This document shows, one piece after another, positions 1 through 14,735 of a stretch of DNA of 64,000 bases. The number at the start of each line of letters is the position of its first letter. The first letter of the stretch is position 1. The stretch comes from Heptranchias perlo (taxonomy: Eukaryota): positions 1,116,001-1,180,000 of the forward strand of contig NW_027138407.1 in NCBI RefSeq assembly GCF_035084215.1. The letters run 5' to 3'. The position numbers were made by a program, and so were the translations under genes. The notes beneath the pieces are model-generated. The model did not search any database and was not told the origin of the DNA. It saw only the letters and a list, made by a program, of their open reading frames with translations.

Positions 1-262
1 CAGGGCAAGTACAGGACTCGTTACGTACAAAGTAAAGCTCACTCTACACGTACCCATCAATCAATCCCAGCGCAGGTACAGATCGCGCGAGATTCAGAGA
101 ACAGCTCTTTCTACACACTCCGTCAAACATTCCCAGGGCATGTACAGCACGGTCCAGATACAGAGTTCAGCTCCCTCTACATTGTCCCATCAAACTCTCC
201 CAGGTCATTTAATGCACAGGTTGCATTTTAGAGCAAAGCTCCCCCTCTGAGCACTCCCATCA
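1..262. repeat. ~65-bp tandem minisatellite (cccagggcaggtacagcacgg...agagtaaagctccctctacactgtcccatcaaacact-type)
   Basis: About four degenerate copies of the cccagggca..gtacag...agctccctctacac..tcccatcaa unit. Confidence 0.75.
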
Positions 263-599
263 ATTTGGTTAGAGGCCTATGAATGCAGCTGAGAGAGAAC
301 TTTTGTAAGACATTGTCATCTTGTTGTGGAGGGTTGCGGGGAAGACAAACAACACCCATTCGTGAGATGCAGGACAGAAGGTCGAAATAGGAGAGAGAGG
401 CGGAGAGGGAAAGGATACAGGACATCTCCACAAATTTTAACTAATTGAGTAAAGGAATCAGAAGCGACGTGGGGAATAAAATTACACAGCGAGTTGTTAT
501 GGTCCGGAATGCATTGCCTGAAGGGGTGCTTCTCGTAGATTCAACAGCAACTTTCAAAAGGGAATTGGATAAATACTTGAATGGGGAAAACGTGCAAAA

Positions 600-1183
600 T
601 CCTTAACTTCGCCCATCTCTGCCCCGCCTCACTCATCTGCTGCTGAAGCCCTCTTCCATGCCATTGTTACTTCGACACGTGACTATTCCAATGCTCTCCG
701 GGCCGGCCTCCCGTCTTCCACCCTCCTTAAGCTTGATCTCATCCAAATCTCTGCTGCACGTATGCTCACTCGCACCTAATCCCGTCCACCCATCACCCCT
801 GTGCTTGCTGACCTACATTCGATCCCCGTCTGGCAACGCCACGATTTTAAAATTCTCATACTTCTTTTCAAGTTCCTCCATGACCTCGCCCCTCCCTGTC
901 TCTGAAACCTCCTCGAGCCCTATAACCCTCCAAGATCTCTGCGCTCCTCCAACTCTGCCCCCTTGCTCATCGCCGATTTCAGTCGCTCCATCATTGGCTG
1001 CCGTGCCTTCAGCTGCCTAGGCCCGAAGTTGCTTAATACCTACCTCTTTGACCAAGATTTTGGCCAGCTGTCCCAATACCTCCTTATGTGGTTCGGTGTC
1101 AAATGTTGTTTGATAACGCTCCTGTGAAGCGCCTTGGGACATTTTGCTACTTCAAGTAGCCATATAAATGCAAGTTGTTGTTG
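600..1183 (+). mobile_element. Decayed L2-type LINE 3' fragment nested in a CR1 3' fragment
   Basis: Ends with aagcgccttgggacatttt...ataaatgcaagttgttgttgtt; CR1 3'-end sequence flanks it at ~440-600 and ~1190-1290. Confidence 0.6.
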
Positions 1184-3369
1184 TTCAAAGAGGAGAGTGG
1201 GACTAATTTGATAACTCTTTCGAAGAGCTGGCAAAGGCACGATGGGCCAAATGGCCTCCTTCCGTGTTGTATCATTCTATGATTCTATGAAATATATTTG
1301 CGATGTCCTATATACAGTGACGAGGGGGAAACGTTACGCATTATGAATGTGGGTATCATCTTTACTTTATTCCCCCATAACTTATAAAAATTTAGCAAAA
1401 AACAATTGTTACTTCAATCCGTTGTAACATTTGCATTTCTCGCTCTCTTTATTTCAGTGGTGTGTTGGTGGGGGAACATTTGTGATGTTTCAGTCACTCA
1501 ATACTCTAATCTCGGCCTTCCGTTTCTGTGTTTATTTCCATAAACGTCTCATTAGTTTCGATGAAATGTACACGGCAGCAAACCCAGATCAACAAAGTCA
1601 CTTAATGGTTTATTTGAACTCACAAAACGGTTCATTTTAAGAATATTGACATTAGGTACAAAATAAATAAATAAAGAGCACTCTAAGTCCTCGGTCACCT
1701 GGTTGACTCCAGCCCAGAAACTCTGATGCAGAGGTCAGGATGTCAACTTCTTATTGTTGCACAAAGAGACAAATTGAGGTCATTTTATTTGTTGTCGTGA
1801 GCAATGAAATAAGGGAACTAGCAATGTGCATCGTAGAATCCTTCAATGCATAGCATGGAGGGAGGCAATCCTTCCAGTCCTGCCTGTGCTGGTGCCGGCT
1901 GTTCAAATCGAGTTGTTTACTGTTATCCCATTTCCCTGCCCCTCCCCTCTATCATGTACATAGACTCCATTTTCAAAAGCCTCTCCCTCTCTGTAGGCCT
2001 ATTCCTCTTCTCCTAACTGTTTCACCCTTTTGTAATATATCTCCCTGTCCCATCACCATTTCTGTGTCTATTTCTATCTATCTATCTTTCTTTCTTTCCT
2101 TCTTTCTTGGTTGTCTGCCTCAGCATCCATATCTGGCAATGCATTTTACTTTCTAATCACTCTTTATGAAGGACAGTTATTTTGTAACTTCCCCTCATTT
2201 CTCCTAGTGATCACCCTCAGTCTCTCCCCCTTTTTAGTGAATGTGTTATATCCAAATAAGTTCATGTGTTTTATTCTTTAAAATTAAAATGGAGGTGAAT
2301 GCAATGCTGAAACAAGAAGCAAGCTATACTCTGGTTAACGTTGCTGTCAGGGTAAGCCCGCCCACACAGACAGGAAGACTGTTCATGCTGAAAACATTAA
2401 GCTGCTGCCTGGTATCTCATTCTGAGTGAACACACTTCCTGTTTTTTTGCTAGCAGCTCGAAACCGCACATCTCACTTCTGAGCAGAAAATAAAAAAAGT
2501 GGCTTCAATCTGATGGAAACATCTTACAAAGTGGCCTTTATCTGGCCGCAGAGTGGGTGCAGAACGACACAGATAGCATCGTGGTGACATTTGTAAATGA
2601 GTCCATTGTTTATGTTAGAACCTCCATTCCCGGACATGACTGGCCGTACCTTTTTTACAGCCTCTGAGCTCTCTCTGTTGTCTGATGCCGTGAGCTAATA
2701 GTTTGCTCCCTTTCATTTTATATCTTTCCCTGTGTTAATTGTTCCTCTATTTCTCAGCTATTTTCTCTTACCTCTTCGTGTCTCTTTCTATGCTTAAGTC
2801 TCCTTCCTCCTTTATTTCTCTCTCTTCAATTTTTCTGTCTGTCTTGGCTTTTTAAATAAAGGCATAGAGTCCAAAATTGGACGCCGCACTCCAGCGGAGG
2901 CCTAACCTGTGATTCGTAAAGTTTTAGCATAATTTCCTTGTTTTCGTATGAAAATAGTGGGCAAAATAAACAATTACTTGCTCCGAGCAGAGCTTTTTTC
3001 CCTGCTGGAGAAGGTAATGAACCGACTATTCTGGCACCAGAACTTCACTTCGTTGTGGTTACATTGAAATCCATTGTAGTAATTTTCATCTTCTTCGCCA
3101 TCGGGGCAGTAATCCTTTCCCAGGATCACATACCTGTAATCTGGTAAAGGATACGGATCATTTCTTGAGGCACGAACGGGGCTAACCTCAACTATTAGTT
3201 TTCAGCCCTCTCCCACCCGTTTATTTGTTTCACTAGACCGCACTTCTGTTGGTATCATTTCGCTATGTTCTTAAACTAGATTCCATTTCCACTCTTGTAA
3301 CATTACACCACCTCTGGTTAGATTTCTACCATCCACACACCTATTGTTATTGGACAAACAGAAATAAAG

Positions 3370-3755
3370 CCTTACAGTTCTAAAGCACATTTCACATCCT
3401 TAGGACGTTTACAGCCAGTGAAGTACTTTTGAAGGGTAGACACTGTTGTACTGTAGGAAACTTAGCATCCAATTTGCACACGGCAAGGCTCCACAAACAG
3501 CAACATGACTGATAAATATTGGCCAGGACACAAGGGAGAACTGCCTGTCTCTTTACAAAGTGGTTGTGGGATCTTTAATATCAACCTGAGAGGGCAGAGG
3601 CCACCTCGCTTTAATTTCTCATCTGACAATGCATCGCTCCCCCAGTACTGGACCATGCCTGACGGCCTAGATTATGGGCTCAAGTCTCTGGAGTGGGACT
3701 TGAACGCACGATCTTGTGAGAGGGGCGAGAGTGCTACCTTTGAGCCACGATTGAC
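3370..3755 (-). mobile_element. tRNA-derived SINE, decayed
   Basis: Reverse-complement similarity to the SINE copies at 43636-44103 and 62977-63420. Confidence 0.6.
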
Positions 3756-3759
3756 ACAA

Positions 3760-6700
3760 TCCGTTTACTATTCTCATTACACGAGACCTTGTATGTGTTA
3801 TTGCACTAACTCCACCCTATCCAGATTGGAGTTTTCCCTTGACTCTGATATTAGACATTAGGCAACACCATCGTTATTATAACACTCGGCCCTGACTCGC
3901 ACACAGTGCCTCTATCGTTATTATATGAGACCCAATCTTTGTTTCGGTTGCACTAGACATTGCCTGTGTTATCATCATACTAGCTCCAGCGTTGTCTTTA
4001 GTATTACAGTAGAGTCTACCTGTTATTATTAGATCAATCACGCGACTCTGCTCATATTACACTAGGCCTTGTCTCAGTTATTACTGCAGTAGACGATGTC
4101 GCTGTTTATATTGCCCGAGAACATGTCTCCATTATTACTGTACTAGGCAAGGCCTCTGTTTAGATTACGCTGCGCCGTGTCCTAGTTATTACTGCACTAG
4201 ACCATATATCTGTTTATATTGCACTAGGCGCTCGTTCCGTTATCACTGCACTTGATGTGTTTCTGTTTATATTACACTGGACCATGGCTCTGTTATTACT
4301 GCACTGGACCCTATCTCTGTTTATATTACACTGTGCCCTGTGGCAGTTATTATTGGAGCAGAACATGTCTGTGTCTATATTGCATGAGGTCCTGCTGAAG
4401 TTATTATTGCACTGACCAGGCCTCTGTTTATATTACACCCGACCAGGTCCTTGTTTAAATTGCACCAGACCCTGTCCCTGTTTATATTACAGTATACCCT
4501 ATCCCAGTTGTTTGCACTAGCACCTGTCTCTCTATATATTACACTAGGCCCTATCTCATTTATTACTATACTAGGCCATGACTTTGTTTATTTTACGCAT
4601 GGCCGTATCTCAGTTATTAGCATACTAGGCCATGTCTTTGTTTATATTACACTAGGTCCTATCTCAGTTATTAGCATACTCGGCCATGTCTTTGTTTATA
4701 TTACACATGGCCCTGTCTCAGTTATGACTGCACTAGTACAGGTCTCTGTATGTATTACATGAGATCTTGTCTCTCTCTATAGTACACTAGGCTGAGCCTC
4801 AGTTATTATTACACTAGATCCTATCTCAGTTACCACTACACTCGACCCTGTCACTGTTATTATTATACTGGGCTATTATACTGTTTAGATTACTTTACAC
4901 CCTGTCTCAGTTAATATTAAACTAGATCCTGCCTCTGTTTATACTACTATAGACCCTGTCTCAGTTAATAATGTACGCGGTCATATCTCTGTTTGTATTA
5001 TACTAGGCACTGTCACAGTTATTAATGCACGGCACCCAGTCTTTGTTTATAATACATTAGACCATGTCTCTGTTTATACTACACTAGGCCCTGTCTCAGT
5101 TATCATTATACTTGACTCTGTCTCAGTTATTACTGTACTAGTCCATGCCTCTGTTCATCTTACATGATGTCCTGCCGAAGTTATTACTGCACTGACCAGG
5201 CCTCTGTTTATACTACACCTGACCTTATCTCAGTTACTACTGTGCCAGGCCATGTCTCTGTTTATATTGCAATGAGCCCTGTCTCATTTATTACTGTACT
5301 AGGCCATGCCTCTCTTTATATTACACAAGGTACTGCCAAAGTTATTACTGCTCTGAACAGCCCTCTGTTTATATTACACTAGACCCTGTCTCTGTTTATA
5401 TTACACCAAACCCTGTCTCTGTTTATATTACACCAAACCCTGTCTCTATTCATATTACACTAGACGCTGTCTCAGTTGTTATTACACTAGAACCTGTCTC
5501 TGTTTATATTACACTCGGCCCTGTCTCAGTTATTAGTACACTAGGTCATATCTTTGTTTATATTACACATGGCCCTATTTCAGTTATTAGTATACTAGGC
5601 CCTGTCTTTGTTTATATTACACAGAGCCCTGTCTCAGTTATGACTGCAGTACAACAAGTCTCTGTATTTGTTACACAACACTGTGTCTCTCTTTATAGTA
5701 CACTAGTCCCAGAATCAGTTATTACTACACTAGATCCTGTATCAGTTACTGCTACACTCGACCCTGTCACTGTTGCTATTATACAGGGCTATGATACTGT
5801 TTAGATTACATTACTCCCTGTCTCAATTAATATTAAACTAGACCTTATCCCTGTTTATACCACTCTAGATCCTGTCTCAGTTAATAATACACTAGATCAT
5901 ATCTTTGTTTATATTACACTAGGCACTGTCACAGTTATAAGTGCAAGACACCCTATCTCTCTTTATGCTAAACCAGACCATGTCTCTATTTATACTACAC
6001 TAAGCCCTGTCTCAGTTATTATTACATTAGACCCTGTCTTAGTTATCATTACACTAGACCATGTATCAGTTATTACAATACTAGGCCATGCCTCTGTTTA
6101 CCTAACATGAGGCCTTGCGAAAATTAATACTGCACTGACCAGGCCTCTGTTTATATTCCACCTGACCTTATCTCAGTTAATATTGTGCCAGGCCATGTCT
6201 CTGTTTATATTACACTGAGCCCTGTCTCATTTATTACTGTACTAGGCCATGCCTCTCTTTATATTGCACGAGGTACTGCCAAAGTTATTACAGCACTGAC
6301 CAGCCCTCTGTTTATATTACACTAGGCCCTGTTTATGTTTATATTACACTAGACCCTGTCTCAGTTATTACTGCTCTCAGCCATGCCCCTGTTAATATCA
6401 TACAAGACCCTGTCTCAGTGATTACTGCACTACACAAGATCTCTGTTTATATTACACGAGACGCTGTCTCTGTTCATGTTATACTAGGCCCTGTATCATG
6501 TATTATTCTACGAGGCCATGTGTTTGCTTACATTATATAAGGCCCTGTCTCAGTTATTACTGCCTATAAAAGTTCTCCACAAATATTATACTAAACTATG
6601 TCTCTCTTTATATTACACTAGACCCTGTCTCAGTTATTAAAACACTAGATCCTCTCTCATTTATTACTATACTGGACCCTGTCCCAGTTATTGATGTATA

Positions 6701-9700
6701 GTGCCTTGATACTGTTTAGATTACATTAGGCCCTGTCTCAGTTAATGCAAAACTAGACCAGGTCTCTGTTATTTATTACACGAGAACTTTTCTCTGTTTA
6801 TATTAGGTTAGACATTGTCTCAGTTACTTAGGCTATGCCTCTGTTTATATGACACAAGGCCCTGTCTCAGTTATTACTGCACTAGATGAAGTCTCTCTTT
6901 ATATTACACTAGGCCCTGTCTCAATTATTACTATACTGGACCATGTCTCAGTTATTATGACAGTAGACCTTGGATCAGTTGTTACTCTACTGGGATACTG
7001 TTTAGATTAAATTCGACCTGTCTCAGTTAACGCTAAACAACACCAAGTCTCTATTTAAATGGCACTAGGCCCTGTCTCAGTTATTACTGCAATACATCCT
7101 GCCTTTTTATATATTACAGTAGACCCTGTCACCGTTGCTACAGTGCTAGGCCTGCCTCTGTTTATACTACACTCGGCCCTGTCGCAGTTATTAGTGTACG
7201 AGGCCTTGCCTCTGTTTATATCAAACAAGGCTTTATCTCAGTTATTACTTCACTACTCAAGGTCTCTGTTTATATTACACCAGACCAGGTCCCTGTTTAC
7301 ATTTCACTAAACCCTATCTCAGTTGTTACTGCACTAGAACCTGTCTCTATTTATATTACACTCGGCCCTATCTCAGTTATTCGCATACTAGGCCATGTCT
7401 TTGTTTATATTACACATGGCCCTGTTTGAGTCTTGACTGCACTAGAACAGGTCTCTCTATATATTACACTAGACCTGTGTCTCTCTTTTGTACACTAAGC
7501 CTGGTGGCAGTTATTACTGCACACGATCCTGTCTCATTTACTACTACACTAGACCCTGTCGGTGTTATTATTATACTGGGCTATGATACTGTTTAAATTA
7601 CATTACATCCTGTCTCAGTTAATATTAAACTCGACCCTGTCTCTGTTATACTACTTTCGACCCTGTTTCAATTAATAATATATGAGGTCATGTCTCTGTT
7701 TATATTACACTAGGCACTGTCACAGTTATTACTGCACTAGACCCTGTCTCTTTTTATTTTACACTAGGCCCTGTCTCAGTTATTACTGCACTAGACCATG
7801 CCTCGGTTGATATTATACAAGGCCCTGTCTCATTAATACTGCACTAGGCCAGGTCTCCGTTTATAGAACACTAGACCATGTCTCTGTTGATATTACATTA
7901 GGCTCTGTCTCAGTTATTGCTACACTAGACCCTGTCTCAGTTATTAGTGTACTAGGCCATGTCACTGTATAAATTACACTGGGCCATGCCTCTGTTTACA
8001 TTGACAAGGTCCTGTCTCAGTTATTACTGCACCACACAAAGCCTCTGTTTATAGTACACCAGACCGTGTCTCTCTTTATATTACACTAAGCCCTGTCTCA
8101 TTTGTTACTGCACAAGACCCTGTCGCTCTTTACATTAGGCCCTTTCTTAATTATCACTATACTTAGCCAGGTCTCTGTTTATATTTTATAAAGCCCTGTA
8201 TCAGTTATTACTGCACTAAAACAGGTCTCTGTATATAATAAAAAAAAACATGTCTCTCTGTATATTACATTCAGCCCTGTCTCAGTTATTACTATGCTAT
8301 TCCCTTTCCCAGTTATTACTGTACTGGCTGAAGTATTGATTGGATTACATTGGACCCTGTCTCAGTTGTTACTGCACTAAACCGTGTCTCCATTTACATT
8401 ACCATTAAGCTCTTTATCAGTTGTTACTGTACTAGTTCATACCTCTGTTTATATTATACAAGGCATTACATCAGTTATTGCTGCACTTGACCAGGTCTCT
8501 GTTTAAATTACACTAAACCATAGCTCTCTTTAAATCACACTGGGCCCCGTGTCAGTTGACTGCACTCGACCCTGGCTCAGTTATTACTACACAAGACCAT
8601 GTCTCAATTATTACTGAACTGGGCAATGATACTGTTTAGATTACATTAGACTTGTCTCACTTAATGCTGAACTTGGCCCTGTCTGTGCGTATATTATGCT
8701 AGGGCTTGTCAGAGTTATTACTTCACTACACATTGTCTCTCGTTACATTACACAAGACCCTGTCTCAATTATTACTGTACTAGGTCATATAACTGTTTAT
8801 ATAACACTAGGCCCTGTCTCAGTTATTACTGCACTTGACCGTGCCTCACTTTATATTACATGAGGCCCTGTCTCAGTTATTACTGCACTGGACCATGTCT
8901 CTGTTTATATTACACTAAACCATGTCAATGGGAATCAGAGGGAAAGGTCTCCAGCGGCTGCAGTCATACCGAAAACAAAGGAACACGGTAGTGGTTGTTG
9001 GAGGCCAATCATCTCAGCCACAGGACATCGCTTCACTTGTTTCTCAGGGCAGTGTACTTTGTCCAACCATCTTCAGCTGCTTCATCAATGATCTTCCCTC
9101 CATTATAAGGTCAGAAGTGGGGGTGTTTGCTGATGATTGCATAGTGTTTGCAACCCCTCAGACAATGAAGCACGATCTGGACAACATCCAAGCTTGGGCT
9201 GATAAATGGCAAGTAACATTCGTGCCACAGAAGTGCCAGGCAATGACCATCTCCAACAAGAGAGAGTCTAACCATCTCTCCGTGACTTTCACATTGAATT
9301 ACCATCGCCGAATCCCCTACCATCAACATCCTGGGGGTTAACATTGACCAGAAACCTAACTGGACCAGCCATATAAATACTGTGCTACAAGAGCAGGTCA
9401 GAGGCTGGGTATTCTGTGGCAAGTGACTCACCTCCTGACTCCCCAAATTATTTCTACAATCTGCAAGGCACAAGTCAGGAGTGTGATGGAATACTCTGCA
9501 CTTACTGGATAAGTGCAGCTCCACCAACTCTCAAGAAGCTAGACACCATCCAGGACAAAGCAGCCCGCTTGATTGGCATTCCATCCACCACATTAAACAT
9601 TCATTCCCTCCACCTCCGGCGCACTGTGGCTGCAGTGTTTGCCTTCTACAAGGTATAGTGCAGCAACTCGCCAAGGATTCTTCGACAGCACCTCCCAAAC

Positions 9701-11900
9701 TTGCGGCCTCTACTACCTAAAAGTACAAGGGCAGCAGACGCATAGGAACAACGCCACCTGCACATTCCCCTCCAGGTCACACACCATCCCGACTTGGAAA
9801 TATATCGCAGATCCTTCATCGTCGCTAGGTCAAAATCCTGGAACTCCCTACCCAACAGCACTGTGGGAGAACCTTCACCACACGGACTTCAGCGATTCAA
9901 GAAGGCGGCTCACCACCACTTTCTTAAGGGCAATTAAGAATGGGCAATAAATGCTGGCCTCGCCAGCGACGCCCACATCCCATGAATAAAAAAAAATCAC
10001 AGAGACTGCTGTTCTCGATAATGTACACAGGCGATGTTATTTCCTACAATATATACAGAGGGATGTTATTCCCCATAATATACACAGCGACGCCCACATC
10101 CCACGAGTGAATAAAAAATGCCTCTGTTTATGTTACATTCGGCCCTTTCTCAGTTATTACTGCACTGAGCCATGTCTCTGTTTGCACTATATTAGGCCCC
10201 GCCTCCCTTATTACTGCACTAGATCAGGTCTCAGTTTGTATTACACTGCACCATATCTCTCTTTATGTTACACTAGGTCCTTTCTCAGTTAATGCTGCAC
10301 GAAGCCAAGTCTCTGTTTGTATTATACTAGGCCCTGTCTCCGTTATTCCTGCAAAAGACCATGCCTCAGTTAGTATCACACCAGACCCTGTCTCAGTTAT
10401 TACAGAACTAGATGCTGTCTCTGTTTATGTTGTACTTGACCATACCTCTGTTTGTATTACACTAGACCCTGTCTCAGTTATTTGTGTATTAGGCTGTGCC
10501 ACCTTTTATATTATTATATTATATTACACCAGTCCCTATCACATTTACTACAGCACAAGACCCTGTCTCTGATAATATCGCACTAGACCGGGTATCTGTT
10601 TATAGTACACTAGACCCTGACTCGATTATTACTGCACTGGGCCATAATCTCTGATTATTTTACACTAGAGTCATTCTCAGCTATTACTGTACTAGACCAT
10701 ACCACTGCTTATATGTCACCAGACACTGTCTCATTTATTACTGCGCTGGATACTGTTTTTGCTTCGTTTACACAAGACCGTATCTCCATTATTACGGCAC
10801 TAAACCATGCCTTTGTTGATATTACACGAGATCGTTTCTCTCCTGATATTACCCGAGATCATGCCTCAGATTTTACTGCATTGGACCATGTCTCTATTCA
10901 TATTACTCTAGAATCTGTCTCAGTTATTACTTTACTTGGTCGTGTCTCTTTTGATAGTGCACGAGGCCCTGTCACAGTTATTACTGCACTAGACTCTCTC
11001 CCTGTTTATATTACAATATACCCTTTCTCGATTATTACTATACTAGGCCGTGCCTCTGTTCATATTATACTAGGCCCATTCTCTGTTTATATTGCACTAG
11101 TCCCTTTCTCTGTTTATATTGCACTTGACCATGTCTCTGTTGATATTACATTAGACCAGGTATCTGTTAATATTTTTAGGCCCAGTCTCTGTTATTACAG
11201 CACAAGACCATGCCACTATTTATATTACACCAGACCCTGTCTCAGTTATTACAGCACTAGACCCTGTCTCTGTTTTTATTGCAGTAGATCGTGTAGCTAT
11301 TTATATTAAACTAGACACTGTCTCATTTATTACTGCACTAGACCATATCTCTGATTATATTGCACCAGAGTCATTCTCAGCTATTACTGTACTAGACCAC
11401 GCCGCTGTTCGTACTTCATTAGATACTGCCTTATTTATTACTGCACTGGAACCTGTCTTTGTTTCTTTTACACTAGACCGTATCTCCATTATTACTGCAC
11501 TAGACCATGTCTCCGTTTAGATTGCACTGGAATCGTTCTCAGTTATAACTGCACTAGACCATGCCTCTGTTTAAATTACTGTACAACCTGTCATCTCTCC
11601 TTGTTTTCTACAAGGCCCTATGTGGTTTTCAATATATTAGAGCCTGCCTCTATTATTGTTGCACTAGACCCTGGGCTTTTTATTGATACCCTAGACTCTA
11701 CCTTTGTAGGTAATGCATTGCCCTTTGTCTCCATTATCGTTACATTTGCCACTTCCTCTTTCACTTTTAACCGCACACTTCACCTCTGTTAGTGTTGCCC
11801 TATTCCCAGACTCTTGGTGATTACCCTAGGCTCTGCCACTGTTAGCGTTTCACCAGGGCCTGTTGCTCTTATTATTGCACTGCAGCCTGTAAAATATCAT
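3760..11900. repeat. Large degenerate AT-rich satellite, ~27-bp monomer / ~54-bp dimer
   Basis: Continuous variants of ctcagttattactgcactagaccatgtctctgtttatattacactaggccctgt; interrupted by a LINE at 8923-9996. The ORFs here are artefacts of the repeat. Confidence 0.9.
8923..9996 (+). mobile_element. 5'-truncated non-LTR retrotransposon (CR1/L2 group), RT C-terminus and 3' tail, frameshifted
   Basis: SQGSVLCP and FADD motifs; same family as 37361-40043; ends gccagcgacgcccacatcccatgaat-poly(A). Confidence 0.9.
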
Positions 11901-12319
11901 TATTCTAATATCCTTAATCTAATAAGGCAATGCCATGATGTCACGTCATTAACAGTCCAAATAAATTCACAGCAATTCTAATAATTGGATCTATCTAGTA
12001 TGAGTTAAATGTGACCGAATTGAATTGATCATTTTCAACAGCAACATCTCGCATTTATAGCGCACCTTTAACGTAATAAAAATGTCCCAAGCTGCTTCAC
12101 AGGAGTGTAATCAGACAACATTAGACACCGACTCACAAAAAGAGATATTAGGACAGGTGACCAAAAGCTTGGTACGGAGGCTTCAAGGCACACCTTAAAG
12201 GAGGAGAGAGAAGTAGAGAAGTGGGGAGGTTTACGGTGGGAATTCCAGAGCTTAGGGCCTAGATGGCTATTAGGATATCACTGAACAGGTGCAGGGCATT
12301 CTGTCAGGGGAAGGGGAAC

Positions 12320-14735
12320 AGGCGGAAATCGTGGTCCACGTTCGAACCAATGACATAAGTATGAAAAGTGTTGAGGTCCTACAGGCAGAGTTTCAGGCAC
12401 AGGAAAAAGATTAAAGAACAAGACCTCAAAGGTGATAATCTCTCCATTACTCCCAGTGCCACGTGCGTGTAAGATAGCGCAGTTGAATGCGTGGCTGGAG
12501 TAGCGGTACAGGACGAAAGGCTTCAGATTCCTGTGAAATTGGGACCAGTTCTGGGGTATGGGAGTCGTGTACAAACCGGACGGATTACATCTGAACCTGG
12601 CGGATAATATAGAAGCAAATGGGAGGCAAAGTGCAGTGACTAACGGATGCTTTTTCTGACTGGACAGAAGTATGCAGTGGGATCCCCCAGGGTTCAGCAT
12701 TAGGACCATTGCTTTTCGCATTATATATGAATGACCTGGACTTTGGTAAGGGAGTAAAATTTCGAAGTGTGCGGATGGTACAAAACTTAGCAAAGTAGTA
12801 AATAGTGAGGAGGATCGCAGCAGACTTCAGGAGAACATAGGCAGACTGCTGAAATGGGGAGACCCGTAGCAGATGCAATTTAATGCAGATGCGCTTTGGG
12901 GGAATAGCATGGAGAGGCAGTATAATCTAAATGGTACAATTTGGAGGGGGTGGAAGAGCAGAGGGACCTGGGGTGCAGATTCCGAAATCTTTGAAGGTGG
13001 CAGCGGAATTTGATAAGGCAGTTAAGAAAGCCGATGGGATACATGGCTCGGTGAATAGCTGCATTGAATACAAAAACAAGAGAGTCATGCTAAACCTTTA
13101 CAAATCACTGGTTAGGGCTCAGCTGGAGTATTGTGTACAATTCTGAGCACCACACTTTAGGAAGGATGTCAAGGTCTTGGTACAGGTACAGAGGAGGATC
13201 AACCAGGAATGATACCAGGAATGGTGGAGTCATACCTAGCGCAAAGGAAGATGGTAGTGGTTGTTGGAGGCCAAGCATCTCAGCCCCAGGGCATTGCTGC
13301 AGGAGTTCCTCAGGGCAGTGTCCTAGGCCCAACCATCTTCAGCTGCTTCATCAATGACCTTCCCTCCATCATAAGGTCAGAAATGGGGATGTTCGCTGAT
13401 GACTGCACAGTGTTCAGTTCCATTCGCAACCCCTCAGATAATGAAGCAGTCCGAGCCCGCATGCAGCAAGACCTGGACAACATCCAGGCTTGGGCTGATA
13501 AGTGGCAAGTAACATTCGCGCCAGATAAGTGCCAGGCAATGACCATCTCCAACAAGAGAGAGTCTAACCACCTCCCCTTGACATTCAACGGCAATACCAT
13601 CGCCGAATCCCCCACCATCAACATCCTGGGGGTCACTATTGACCAGAAACTTAACTGGACCAGCCATATAAATACTGTGGCTACGAGAGCAGGTCAGAGG
13701 CTGGGTATTCTGCGGCGAGTGACTCACCTCCTGACTCCCCAAAGCCTTTCCACCATCTACAAGGCACAAGTCAGGAGTGTGATGGAATACTCTCCACTTG
13801 CCTGGATGAGTGCAGCTCCAACAACACTCAAGAAGCTCGACACCATCCAAGATAAAGCAGCCCGCTTGATTGGCACCCCATCCACCACCCTAAACATTCA
13901 CTCCCTTCACCACCGGCGCACTGTGGCTGCAGTGTGCACCATCCACAGGATGCACTGCAGCAACTCGCCAAGGCTTCTTCGACAGCACCTCCCAAACCCG
14001 CGACCTCTACCACCTAGAAGGACAAGGGCAGCAGGCGCATGGGAACAACACCACCCGCACGTTCCCCTCCAAGTCACACACCATCCCGACTTGGAAATAT
14101 ATCGCCGTTCCTTCATTGTCGCTGGGTCAAAATCCTGGAACTCCCTTCCTAACAGCACTGTGGGAGAACCGTCACCACACGGACTGCAGCGGTTCAAGAA
14201 GGCGGCTCACCACCACCTTCTCAAGGGCAATTAGGGATGGGCAATAAATACCGGCCTTGCCAGCGACGCCCACATCCCGTGAACGAATAAAAAAAAAATG
14301 AGAGACTTCAATTATGTGGAGAGATTGGAGAATCTGGGATTGTTCTTGGAGCAGAGAAGATTAAGGGGAGACCTAACAAATGTATTCAAAATGATATGGG
14401 GTTTTGATAGAGCAAATCGGGAGAAATTGTTTTCTTTGGCAAGTAGTTCGGCAACCAGCAGTCGTAGATTTAAAATAATTTGCAGTAGAACAAGAGGGGA
14501 AATGAGGAGTCATTTTTTCACACAGAAAGTTGTTGATATCCAGAACGCACTACCTAAAAGCGTCTTGGGAGCAGATTCTATAAGAACTGTCAAAAGACAA
14601 TTGGACACTTACTTGAACAGGACTAATTTGAAGCATTATGGGGAAAAAGCTTGGGATTGGCACTAAATTGGGAAGCTCTTTCAAAGAGCCGGCACAGGCA
14701 CAAAGGGTTGTAAGATGTATGATTCTATGATTGTA
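12320..14735 (+). mobile_element. Decayed CR1-clade LINE, split by a nested younger LINE
   Basis: LYKSLVRAQLEYCVQF and LEQRRLRGDL...FFTQKVV motifs either side of 13223-14297. Confidence 0.8.
13223..14297 (+). mobile_element. Young 5'-truncated LINE nested in CR1; open RT C-terminal frame
   Basis: 341-aa ORF with GVPQGSVLGP and MFADD; poly(A) tail; host CR1 resumes at tgagagacttc. Confidence 0.92.

Noticed and set aside
1343-1520. Possible V relic (MNVGIIFTLF..., acceptor, ..DVSVTQ)
   Set aside because: No donor, Cys/Trp motifs or RSS; too short to support.
10713-11309. 198-aa ORF and similar ORFs in the satellite
   Set aside because: Periodic satellite translation; no gene structure.
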